Positions 8,650-16,951 of a stretch of DNA of 64,000 nt are shown piece by piece. A model generated the notes under the pieces. That model was given only the letters and a program-made list of their open reading frames with translations, made no database searches and was not told where the DNA came from. Origin of the DNA: Alphaproteobacteria bacterium (GTDB lineage Bacteria > Pseudomonadota > Alphaproteobacteria > JBFXJJ01); assembly GCA_050175015.1 (NCBI GenBank), contig JBFXJJ010000002.1, positions 160,001 through 224,000 of the forward strand. Reading direction: 5' to 3'. Both the position numbers and the translations under genes were made by a program. Positions within the stretch are counted from its first letter, which is position 1, and each line of letters opens with the position of its first letter.

Positions 8650-10559
8650 TATTCACCTACCTTTATTTTCGTTGTTACTGATAAAATATTCAAATCAAGC
8701 GGCTCATCACCCTTGACGCTCCAGATGGGCTTTTGCAAGTCCCTAATCCAGCCAAAAGCCTTAACAACAACATCTCCAGTGTACGCTGTAGGAGGACTGT
8801 CTAAAAAATCCGCCGTATCAAGATGAGGCATTAAGACGTGGCGATAACCTTTGCCCGTTGTTTCCGCCATAAACGCAGAGGTATTTTTTACCCTAAAAGA
8901 AATATCAATCAGACGATATGAACGCATCTGCATTATGCTGCTTGTTCCAGAAGTGATAACTGGCGGCAGCGGTTCTATTTGATGAAAAAAGCCAAGCCCT
9001 ACTTCTATTTGCGATACTTCATAAGGAAGATTAATGGCACCATCTAAAACGGTGCAGTCATTAATAAGAGCTTCATCGGCTCTTACCTTAACTTTTTTGC
9101 CTTCAAGATGCTCTAAACCTTTCCAAGTTTTCTTTGGCTCTTCCGAATCCCCTGTAAGAGCGCAATCCGTATGCAAATCATCGTCAAACACCTCTAAGAA
9201 ATAAGAGTCATTTCTTTTCACAATGACGTATGTGTTCCTGCCAGCGACCGCCACCGATAAAAAACGGCCATCGGTTTCAGCCAAACTCCAAGCGGTTATC
9301 TTTTCCGTACGATAATTAGTAACAAATGCCATACTGCCATCTGCCACCACAACATTTAAAAGCCTTTTAACAGCATCATAGTCCTGATCCAGCGGATCTT
9401 TAATAAGATGCTTGGAAAGCATTGCAAGATCGTTTGCCTGATATGCTTCTTCTAAATCGGTATAAATAAACTCCCTGATTTCATCACCATTAGCGCCAGC
9501 AAAAAGAGTTGCGCCGTCAACATTTAATGGCGGAACATATCTTTTCAGAATTGAACCTATTCTTGTCTGACGAGACAGCTGTATATTAGACGGCGTTAAA
9601 GGATCGCCTGTAACCATCCATTCTGAACCCGAGGTAAACACTTGTAAGTGACGTCCTGAAAAAATGGCGCAAATCGCATTAACTTGATCTGATAATATTT
9701 GAAATTCTATTGATTCATCATCAAGCCCTTCGCCCAAATCAAAGTTCATCAAATCGCTTGACTTTGACAGCCATAAACGATTAGGCAAATCTCTTGAACC
9801 ACCAATAACCAATCTGTCTTGATGGAATGTTACGGATATTGGCCAGCCTCTTAATGTCGAAAAAGCTGGTTCTTCCCAGTTTTTAGTTTCATCAGTTTCC
9901 GAGAGTTCAACTTTTACCGTTGCCGCTATTTCCGTCGCAGAATTAACAGCGGTTACAAGAACCTCACCTTCAGCCAAACGAAATCTTAAACCAATATAGT
10001 CATCACTAAAAAAATCTTTTGATGCTGTTATAGTAATATCACCCGTTGTTCCAGAAGGGGTAAAAGTTAAATCATCGTCCTCAAATTTAAAGTAAGGCTG
10101 CATTAAACTGTCATCAACTTCCTCATATTGCCATTCAGCAACCGACCAGTCAGCATCAGAAGATCTTGTTATCTTTCTAGGAGGTACATCTCTATGCGTT
10201 ACCAGAAGAGTGTCGGCACTTTGCGTCCACCTTATAGTAGAAAGCTGGTCTTCGGTCCAAGGCGTATCAAAACTTGCAATTTTAACCCCATCGAGATAAA
10301 CATCTACGGCTTCATCTTTAAAATTAAGCAGATAGACCTGCTCGGTATTGAATTCAAAGGCTACCAACCTGCCGACACCATCTAACGTGTCCAAATATCT
10401 TAAGCCGCTTCTTCTTGAAATTCCTCCTGTTGGGTGAACAAAAACATTTCTTAATTTCATCGCCCCGTTTTCATATGATCGAAGATCTCCTCTTCCCAAA
10501 AGATCTGGCGACAGCTCTCCTGAAGAAAAGCTGGTCTTAACAAGATTTAAAACGCTCAT
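8649..10559 (-). CDS. Tail tubular protein B / nozzle (T7 gp12-like)
   Basis: SFSSGELSP.L.GR.DL, N......GG..RR.G, WP..VTFHQDRL, beta-propeller-like composition. Confidence 0.88.
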   Translation of the reverse strand: MSVLNLVKTSFSSGELSPDLLGRGDLRSYENGAMKLRNVFVHPTGGISRRSGLRYLDTLDGVGRLVAFEFNTEQVYLLNFKDEAVDVYLDGVKIASFDTPWTEDQLSTIRWTQSADTLLVTHRDVPPRKITRSSDADWSVAEWQYEEVDDSLMQPYFKFEDDDLTFTPSGTTGDITITASKDFFSDDYIGLRFRLAEGEVLVTAVNSATEIAATVKVELSETDETKNWEEPAFSTLRGWPISVTFHQDRLVIGGSRDLPNRLWLSKSSDLMNFDLGEGLDDESIEFQILSDQVNAICAIFSGRHLQVFTSGSEWMVTGDPLTPSNIQLSRQTRIGSILKRYVPPLNVDGATLFAGANGDEIREFIYTDLEEAYQANDLAMLSKHLIKDPLDQDYDAVKRLLNVVVADGSMAFVTNYRTEKITAWSLAETDGRFLSVAVAGRNTYVIVKRNDSYFLEVFDDDLHTDCALTGDSEEPKKTWKGLEHLEGKKVKVRADEALINDCTVLDGAINLPYEVSQIEVGLGFFHQIEPLPPVITSGTSSIMQMRSYRLIDISFRVKNTSAFMAETTGKGYRHVLMPHLDTADFLDSPPTAYTGDVVVKAFGWIRDLQKPIWSVKGDEPLDLNILSVTTKIKVGE

Positions 10560-11125
10560 TTACGCACCTCAACCAAAGAATAATCTTCAAAACATTTAGG
10601 ACTTTCTTGCTGCGCATCAATTAATCTGGCACGTTTAAATTCTTCTTCTGCCATCTTGGTCAAAACATCAGATCTTGTTGTGCTTTCAGTTAAAGGTATA
10701 CAAAATTCTGCCGCCAATCTTGCAATTAACACCTGCGTAAAATACGGAGGAAAACTCTTTTCATCTGGGCGGAAAATATAGGTTAAATTAACACTATCAG
10801 AATCAGTATGAAGTCTGTTTTCAACAATACGATAGTTAATTCCTCTGCCCCTATTTCCGATACCTGCCGAAATAATCCTTAAAAAATCAGATGGAAGCTT
10901 AAAAGCATTTTTAAAATCCGCCACTGGCGACGCCGCAAGTTTAGGCAGAGTTGTCTGAGCAACAGCAAAACTCCACGGATAAACTGCCAGCATTGCATCT
11001 CTTGTTGATGGATAAAGATTGGCTGCAACTTCGGCTTCAGCCGTGCCTTCATCAAAAGATGAAATGCTTGTTGCTCCAAGTTTTAATAATGCTCTTGAGC
11101 AAATAGCTATACTGCCTATAGGCAT
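10556..11125 (-). CDS. Tail tubular protein A / adaptor (T7 gp11-like)
   Basis: ICSRALLKLGA..ISSFDEGT.EA, YPWSFA, LPSDFLR, FPPYF...L.ARLA.E. Confidence 0.88.
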   Translation of the reverse strand: MPIGSIAICSRALLKLGATSISSFDEGTAEAEVAANLYPSTRDAMLAVYPWSFAVAQTTLPKLAASPVADFKNAFKLPSDFLRIISAGIGNRGRGINYRIVENRLHTDSDSVNLTYIFRPDEKSFPPYFTQVLIARLAAEFCIPLTESTTRSDVLTKMAEEEFKRARLIDAQQESPKCFEDYSLVEVRK

Positions 11126-11153
11126 TTTTAAATCTCCTTATAGTTAAACATAT

Positions 11154-11183
11154 AGGGCAGTTTAGATTCCTCTAAACTGCCCT
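11154..11183 (-). terminator. Perfect 13-bp hairpin after the capsid genes (terminator or processing/stabilising stem)
   Basis: AGGGCAGTTTAGA-GGAA-TCTAAACTGCCCT on the minus strand; weak U tract. Confidence 0.6.
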
Positions 11184-11226
11184 TTTAAGCTTATTGATTA
11201 TCTATGTCGTTTTTTAAAAACTGATA

Positions 11227-11484
11227 TTATTCAGCCGCCGACACAATATTTGCCATAGCAACAACACCGCTGCTATTTGATGACACATTTAAAACTGCAC
11301 CCTTTGGGGTTGTCTCATTATCAGTGTTTGCAATAACAAAATCACCTACTCTAAGAGCTTCAGATGCATCATTGAAATATCCCTCGGTCTCAACTGATGC
11401 TGCTGCATCTGCGGTTTTATACTGCCATAATGTAAAGCCGTTAGCATACGCTAAAACTGCCAAATTTTTATTATTAAAAGCCAT
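11227..11484 (-). CDS. Small conserved virion protein (possible capsid decoration protein)
   Basis: 85 aa, LAYANGFTLW.Y.T.D....V...GYFN; strong RBS (AAGGAG); lies between capsid and tail tube A. Confidence 0.6.
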   Translation of the reverse strand: MAFNNKNLAVLAYANGFTLWQYKTADAAASVETEGYFNDASEALRVGDFVIANTDNETTPKGAVLNVSSNSSGVVAMANIVSAAE

Positions 11485-11513
11485 TAGTATTTTCTCCTTA
11501 TGTTTAAAAAAGT

Positions 11514-12353
11514 TTAAGCTTCAACTAAAGTTGCGGTGTCATCACACTTAATTTTGACGATACCCGTGTTATCAATCAAACACGCACCTTGACTCATTGA
11601 ATTACTGATAAAATTAGCAGCGTGATCACCGTGCCACGTAATATCGCTTTTAACGTCTTGACCTGAAGCGTGTCCAACTGCGGTTTTATGGAAAATGTAA
11701 CAGTCTCTTTCCTTAGTGTTATTAAGCGTAAGTCCTGTGTGCATCAACCATACAATACCAAGCCATTTGCGGCTTTCTGTGCCATTAAGCCAAGGCAAGT
11801 CTTCACCGACATAATCGGAATCGGAAAATTCCTTAATATTCAAAAGCTCATTCCATTGATTAACCCCAACTAGACCAAAACGCTGTCCGTCATCAGGAAC
11901 ATCTTGAGCATTAATTTTTGCAAACGCCTGCAAAATAAGACTTTTAGAAATTCCTGTTGAATAATCACCTACGCTGTTACTGGCATCAGAAAGAGCATTG
12001 ATAATAAGCTCATCGGTTTTGCGTCCTAAGGCATAAGCTCCTGCTGCGGCCACAACCTGCCTTTCATCGACGTTGGTTTTAAGCTCGTCAAGACTGTCAA
12101 CCCAATCACCTGCATAGTAATCATAAAGATTGCATTCCACAGGTGTAAAATCCATACTCATAACAGGAACAAGACCGTGTCTGGCTTTGGTTGAAGCTGT
12201 TCCCTTTCCTACTTTCTGGAAAACTGCGGTTGCTCCTTTTATATTGTTTTTGGTACGCACCATATTTCTTAGCTTAGATCCAGTACGTTGGTAAGCAGTG
12301 TGAACTTCAGCTTCAAAATGCTTCGTAAAAATTTTATCTATATTTTCTGACAT
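11514..12353 (-). CDS. Major capsid protein (podovirus/T7-like HK97 fold), 279 aa
   Basis: Start moved to MSENID (AGGAG RBS). F.AEVH.AYQR.GSKLR, VD.LDELK, AYALGRKTDELII.A; follows the scaffold gene. Confidence 0.9.
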   Translation of the reverse strand: MSENIDKIFTKHFEAEVHTAYQRTGSKLRNMVRTKNNIKGATAVFQKVGKGTASTKARHGLVPVMSMDFTPVECNLYDYYAGDWVDSLDELKTNVDERQVVAAAGAYALGRKTDELIINALSDASNSVGDYSTGISKSLILQAFAKINAQDVPDDGQRFGLVGVNQWNELLNIKEFSDSDYVGEDLPWLNGTESRKWLGIVWLMHTGLTLNNTKERDCYIFHKTAVGHASGQDVKSDITWHGDHAANFISNSMSQGACLIDNTGIVKIKCDDTATLVEA

Positions 12354-12394
12354 AATTTGCCATCTCCTAAAAAATTGAACATAAAAATAAAAAA

Positions 12395-12483
12395 GCCTAA
12401 AAGAACAGTTATGGTTAAGAAACCGCTGTCGTTTAGGCATAGAAAAACAGGGGCTTTTAATACGTCCTAAAAGTTATCCCTGT
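12395..12483 (-). promoter_or_regulatory. Structured RNA leader of the capsid gene: two hairpins sharing an AUAA/C internal loop
   Basis: ACAGGG-ATAA-CTTTTA...TAAAAG-C-CCCTGT and GCCTAAA..ACAG-C-GGTT-TCTT-AACC-ATAA-CTGT...TTTAGGC. Confidence 0.65.
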
Positions 12484-12507
12484 AAGAAAAACGTTTTTTA
12501 AAAATAA

Positions 12508-13245
12508 CTACTGATTGCCGTAAAGTTTTTTAAACCCATCGGAAACCTTGGAAATATATGATGGGTCTTTATCTCTCCAATAACGAGGATCTTTCATCAT
12601 TGTTTTAAGCTCTTTTTCTGAAACCTCAGAACTGGCAATTTCACCCCTATTCCCAATATCAGGTTCTCCGGCTCCCATCATTCTGCTGATAGCAATAATG
12701 CCTTCGTAAGTTGTTGCTAAAGTTTCATAAATATCTTCGGGAAGATTTTTCTGTCCCCAAGATGATATTTGCCTTGAAGTTTCTCTCCAGCGCTCTTCTC
12801 CGCCAAAATGACTTATAAGCTTCTGCCGTTGTTTGTCTGCTTCAAATTCTGCCGCCATTTCTTCAATCAAAGGAATCACTCTCTCGGCGGCTAAGTCATA
12901 CACCAACTGCGCCTGCTGCGGCGTAAAATCGGCATCTAGCAGTTTTTGATTAACATCACCATCACTTTCTAAAAGCTTATGACGGGTAACAATGTTATAA
13001 CCATTAGCATCTTCGGGAATACCAAAAGCTTTTCTAAAGGTTGTCCGTTCTTGAGGATTGTTTTTATCAAATGGCAGTTTAATCATATTTGATAATTTTT
13101 TCTCAAGCTCAATATACGATTTTAAAAGTTCGTTGGCATTGATGCCGCCTGATTTATAATTCTTAAATTTTTCAGGTACGCTAAGAGCAACATCATCTGC
13201 ACCTGTTGAATCAAGGTTTTCATTCTCTAGTAAATTTTCACTCAT
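12508..13245 (-). CDS. Capsid scaffolding protein (T7 gp9-like)
   Basis: VPEKF, L.KSY.ELEKKL, acidic helical body, C-terminal M.DPRYWRD.DP....V...FKKLY. Confidence 0.82.
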   Translation of the reverse strand: MSENLLENENLDSTGADDVALSVPEKFKNYKSGGINANELLKSYIELEKKLSNMIKLPFDKNNPQERTTFRKAFGIPEDANGYNIVTRHKLLESDGDVNQKLLDADFTPQQAQLVYDLAAERVIPLIEEMAAEFEADKQRQKLISHFGGEERWRETSRQISSWGQKNLPEDIYETLATTYEGIIAISRMMGAGEPDIGNRGEIASSEVSEKELKTMMKDPRYWRDKDPSYISKVSDGFKKLYGNQ

Positions 13246-13269
13246 TTTTAAAATATCCTTATCTCTAAA

Positions 13270-13545
13270 TTAATTTTCATCTGCTCCCATTTTGACCATA
13301 GATTTAATATGGAAAAAAAGAGACCTCTTGCCTTCTTGATACCGTAGTTCCTCATTGCTGGCATCTTGAGGCAAAACTCTTCCTGTTGTTATTTTTTCCA
13401 AATAACTCATTACTTTTGAGCCGTCATTTCCGCTAAAAATTCGAGCAAAAGAAAGAGCAATATTCTCGCCGTTCTCTCCTTCTCGCTCATTATTTCTAGC
13501 CTCTAGGAATTCCCAACCCATAAGCTTCTTTTTCATATTCATCAC
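13270..13545 (-). CDS. Conserved podovirus protein between portal and scaffold (Bbp19-like)
   Basis: F...DG.KV..YL and L.YQEGKRS motif. Confidence 0.7.
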   Translation of the reverse strand: MMNMKKKLMGWEFLEARNNEREGENGENIALSFARIFSGNDGSKVMSYLEKITTGRVLPQDASNEELRYQEGKRSLFFHIKSMVKMGADEN

Positions 13546-13556
13546 CTCCTCAAAAT

Positions 13557-15224
13557 CTAAGAATTAAGTTTATTTGGAACAGGAACCGTTTCAGCTAAAG
13601 CTGCACTTTGGTTTAAATTAGGGCTACCAATGGCAGGCATAGCCTCTCCTTTGTTGTCAACTGACGCCAGCATATTAGGAATGGACTGTAATAATGCCGC
13701 AGATTGATTAGTATCAGCGCCATTTGCCATCATTATATCTTCGTCAGTTTTGATTAACGCTTCGGGAACCCCTAGCGTTCTTCCAAGCCATCTTGCCGCT
13801 TCTTTAAGATTAACCGCAGCTCCCGCCTCAGCCCCCATACCAGCAATAGACGTAAGCCACGAAAGGGTGTTGTTAGCATCTTGCTGTGCCTGCTGTCTTG
13901 CGAGCGGTGAACGATATTCAATATCAACCATATGACCATCAACCCAAATATCAGAAATTTCACCACGACGTCTTAAAATTGCAACAGCTTTAAGAATAAG
14001 CGGTGTCAGCAGCTCTGACTGTAACCTGCCATAAGTTGCGCCTAGAATTCTCGCCATTTCTGCCGAGCGCTCTAGAACCTCGGTAGCGGTCATATTAGAT
14101 GCTTCAACCTGCCCTAGTTTATCAGCTAAAAGAGCGTGTTTAATTCTGGTACGCAGGTCTTTTAAAACCAATTCGGAAATATCAAATCGCCCAGGGGCTT
14201 CAAGCGGCGTTAGCCCCTTGGAACCAACCGCTTTAGGAATAATTGCTCCTGGGATTAATTTAATGTTTGCAGGATTTAAAACCCCGTCATCATCAGCCAG
14301 CCAAATACCTGTAACTGCTATCGTCGCATTTTTTAAAACCAGCTCAACAACCTTATTAGCGGTTTTTATATCTGGCAGCGCTTTCATTATGGGGGAACGT
14401 CCATAAATCTCTCCTGGAGCTTTCTGCCACCTAAAATTAATAAAAGGCGAATTAGCAAAAACCCCTGACTTTAAAACTCTATCAAAAGCTTCATCTTTCA
14501 GCCCTAAACCGTTGTCATTATCAATAAATGCCGTATATTCAAAACCGCCTTGACTTCTAGTACTTCTTGGAACAACGGCTTCAACAACATTTACCTTAAA
14601 ATCTGGTTCTTTTTCTATTTTGGAAGATACCTGCGGTGATAACACCTTATCGCCAAAACGCTGCTTTAGATTTTGCAAAGATGTTTCATATCTTCTAAAA
14701 CTGGCATCTATCCTGCCGCTTTCGGTTTCTTCAAATGCCATTTCGAATAACGGCACAGCACAAAACCTAAAAGCCGAAATATCTCCAGACGGCGCCTCTT
14801 CAAATAATAAGGTAGCGGTACCTGCTGTTACTAAATCCAAATAACACTGATGAATTTCAATAGCAAAAGAAGAGCGATCGAAATGAGATCTGATCGTTTC
14901 GGTTGTTTTTTCCAATAACGGTGCTATTTGTTTCCGTTCTTCCTCAGATAAATCGACGCCTCCGCCTAAGCCAAACCATCTTGCCCACGGCGGAGTAAGT
15001 CTTGCAAGCATACTAGCTGCCAACTGGTCAACCGCATCGGGAGCTGTCCCATCAAAAAGGCGATCGCTGCTGGTTTTTTTAACAAAGCTAGCGGTGCTGA
15101 ATCCGCCTTCACGCTGGGGAAGAGAAAATTCATAACATTCGCTCCAGATATTTTCCCAAGCGGAACGTCTCTCCCAAGCCCTTTGGCATCTTTTTCTTAA
15201 ATTTTGAAATAAATCTTCTTCCAT
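13557..15224 (-). CDS. Portal / head-tail connector (T7 gp8-like)
   Basis: LFDGTA..A...LA..M...LTPP..RWF, GE.YGRSP...ALPDIK, MTATEV.ER, GRLQSELL.PLI, Y.SPLA. Confidence 0.93.
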   Translation of the reverse strand: MEEDLFQNLRKRCQRAWERRSAWENIWSECYEFSLPQREGGFSTASFVKKTSSDRLFDGTAPDAVDQLAASMLARLTPPWARWFGLGGGVDLSEEERKQIAPLLEKTTETIRSHFDRSSFAIEIHQCYLDLVTAGTATLLFEEAPSGDISAFRFCAVPLFEMAFEETESGRIDASFRRYETSLQNLKQRFGDKVLSPQVSSKIEKEPDFKVNVVEAVVPRSTRSQGGFEYTAFIDNDNGLGLKDEAFDRVLKSGVFANSPFINFRWQKAPGEIYGRSPIMKALPDIKTANKVVELVLKNATIAVTGIWLADDDGVLNPANIKLIPGAIIPKAVGSKGLTPLEAPGRFDISELVLKDLRTRIKHALLADKLGQVEASNMTATEVLERSAEMARILGATYGRLQSELLTPLILKAVAILRRRGEISDIWVDGHMVDIEYRSPLARQQAQQDANNTLSWLTSIAGMGAEAGAAVNLKEAARWLGRTLGVPEALIKTDEDIMMANGADTNQSAALLQSIPNMLASVDNKGEAMPAIGSPNLNQSAALAETVPVPNKLNS

Positions 15225-15229
15225 AAAAA

Positions 15230-15454
15230 CTATTCTCCTAACAAATTCTTGCGTCCGTTATCAACTGAAACGTCATTCAACACACCACGCCAAGATGTCT
15301 TGATATTTTGAGCCAGCCCTTTACGGTTACGTTCAACCGTACTAACAGAAGACGTGCTATCATCACTATCGTCAGTATCATCAATTTCCGTCGTTGTTTC
15401 GGCTGTCGGCGAAACATAACTCGGAGTGCTTGGAACACTAAAAAAGCTTCCCAT
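15230..15454 (-). CDS. Small pre-portal virion protein (T7 gp7.3-like position)
   Basis: MGSFFS.P..P N-terminus, R.KG....I.TS..G, K.LLGE end; AAGGAG RBS. Confidence 0.7.
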   Translation of the reverse strand: MGSFFSVPSTPSYVSPTAETTTEIDDTDDSDDSTSSVSTVERNRKGLAQNIKTSWRGVLNDVSVDNGRKNLLGE

Positions 15455-15494
15455 AAAAAATCTCCTTAAATCTTTTTCCTTAAAAAATTTTAAT

Positions 15495-15533
15495 AAAAAA
15501 ACCCAGCTGACTAACTCTAATCAACTGGGTTTT
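15495..15533 (-). terminator. Intrinsic terminator in the leader of the virion operon
   Basis: ACCCAGTTGA...TCAGCTGGGT followed by TTTTTT on the minus strand, about 40 nt before the first structural ATG. Confidence 0.75.
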
Positions 15534-15604
15534 AAAGGGTGATTCCCTAACAAAAAGGCTCTAACTTCAGAGTCTAGGTACAGTTATACTTACTGAACCT
15601 GTTA

Positions 15605-16150
15605 TCAGATGTACCACAACTGTTCCCTAATGTCAAGGATTATTTTCTTATTTTTTTCACTTAATAGGAATTTATACAGTTTATAGGGGGTTACAATTCT
15701 GAAATTGTGAATCCCGAGAACTCGTTTTACCGCCTCAACACAGGTAAAAAATCCTAAAGGAGCAGATACTAAAGGAACATCTTTAAGACTTGTCGCCATT
15801 ACCGTAAAGCCTTGCTCTAAGTACCAAGATGCCATATCGAAATCGCCGCAAACAGGCTGAATAATAACATCTGTTTTGTGAAGCATCGCATCAATCGTAA
15901 GCCACAGATCGCCATTTCCAAGCGTAATAAAGCAATGTCTAAAACCTTTTTTTAAAAAACGCAGCCACCATTTAGAAACATCGCCCGAAAAAACCACCAG
16001 ACAAACTTTCCAGCGGTATTTTTGCATTAAATCATTTTGAAGTTGGCAATTTTGAAGAACCATATCTTTAAACAGCTTTTTATTTAGATTCGCATTTTCT
16101 AACTTCTTCATTTTCTCGTCGAATCCAGCCAAAACAAACGATTTATTCAT
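15605..16150 (-). CDS. Conserved phage-associated protein, possible permuted papain-like (His...Cys) fold, 181 aa
   Basis: Start moved to MNKSF (GGAGG RBS). LKKGFRHCF ... TCVEAVKRVLGI....VTPYKLYKFL. Confidence 0.65.
   Translation of the reverse strand: MNKSFVLAGFDEKMKKLENANLNKKLFKDMVLQNCQLQNDLMQKYRWKVCLVVFSGDVSKWWLRFLKKGFRHCFITLGNGDLWLTIDAMLHKTDVIIQPVCGDFDMASWYLEQGFTVMATSLKDVPLVSAPLGFFTCVEAVKRVLGIHNFRIVTPYKLYKFLLSEKNKKIILDIREQLWYI
15608..15650 (-). promoter_or_regulatory. Putative sigma70 promoter of the virion operon with overlapping 16-bp operator
   Basis: TTGACA (15636-15631)-N17-TACATC with upstream TG; AAGGATTATTTTCTTA at 15635-15650. Confidence 0.65.
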
Positions 16151-16359
16151 AATTAACCTCCTTAAATTATTTCTATAAAAAACGTACAAGGACTAGAACT
16201 ATCGACGTTTAAACGTGCTAGAGTTCTGCGATTTATTTTAGCAATACAATCTCCTAAGCTTGGCTCGTATAGAATATACGTCCACATAGAGATTAAAAAA
16301 TAATGCGAGGCTCTATCCCAACCAGAACACCGTAAGGAACAAACAAAAAGCACTAAAAT

Positions 16360-16746
16360 TTAATTTGATATGGCACTATTTTTCCACTCAAAAACAATCG
16401 CTCTTTGCTTAAAAACTTCATCTAAAACCCCAATCCCCTTATGCCAAAGAGTTTCCTCATAAGAGGTTGCTCCAAAACGAACATCTGGCGGCTGATTTTG
16501 CTTGCCATATTTAATTAGAACATTAAATTCTGGCGCATTTAGAATATTTTTTGCCAGCAATGATTTAACAATCAGATAAATATCATTAACCTCGCAGGGA
16601 CGAGCCGTTTTTTTATAATCGCCATCACCCCTATTTTTATAATCGGTCATCATCATACGGCAGAACCAGAACCACGCCGTTTCAGTAGAATCAAAAGGTT
16701 CGACCTCAAGATCTTCAATAAAAAAATAATTTATTTTTCGTCCCAT
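16360..16746 (-). CDS. Conserved hypothetical protein, candidate activator/antiterminator, 128 aa
   Basis: Start moved to MGRKIN (GGAGGT RBS). PF.S.E.AWFWF, RPCE..DI, VL.KYG....PPD, LW..G...L. Confidence 0.65.
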   Translation of the reverse strand: MGRKINYFFIEDLEVEPFDSTETAWFWFCRMMMTDYKNRGDGDYKKTARPCEVNDIYLIVKSLLAKNILNAPEFNVLIKYGKQNQPPDVRFGATSYEETLWHKGIGVLDEVFKQRAIVFEWKNSAISN

Positions 16747-16763
16747 AATAACCTCCACAACTA

Positions 16764-16778
16764 GAACATATAAAGAAC
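16764..16778. promoter_or_regulatory. Alphaproteobacterial LexA (SOS) box
   Basis: GAAC-ATATAAA-GAAC (GAAC-N7-GAAC), between a minus-strand TTGACA(16813)-N17-TACTAA promoter and the RBS of the 128-aa ORF. Confidence 0.8.
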
Positions 16779-16821
16779 ATTTTATTAGTACAAAAAGTTG
16801 CACGAGATGTCAACCATTTTT

Positions 16822-16911
16822 TAAGATTATTTTCCTATTGACTTTTACCCTCATTTAATGGGATTATTTTCTTATAGATGTTTTCAAAAATATCTTAAGA
16901 TTATTTTTTAA
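16822..16911. repeat. Three 16-bp operator-like repeats at 37-bp period
   Basis: TAAGATTATTTTCCTA (16822), TGGGATTATTTTCTTA (16859), TAAGATTATTTTTTAA (16896); quasi-palindromic consensus TAGGA-N6-TCCTA. Confidence 0.8.
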
Positions 16912-16951
16912 GTTTTTTGATACCCGCAATTTTAATTTTTAGGATTTTTTT

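Noticed and set aside
12354-12440. N-terminal 29-aa extension of the capsid ORF given in the track
   Set aside because: It overlaps the structured leader; an AGGAG RBS precedes the ATG at 12353.
16162-16353. 63-aa ORF in the spacer between the two regulatory-position genes
   Set aside because: No RBS, no recognisable protein features; region better explained as structured non-coding sequence.
16822-16911. CRISPR-like array (regularly spaced repeats)
   Set aside because: Only three degenerate 16-bp units with 21-bp gaps, no cas genes, and located over divergent promoters; fits operators.
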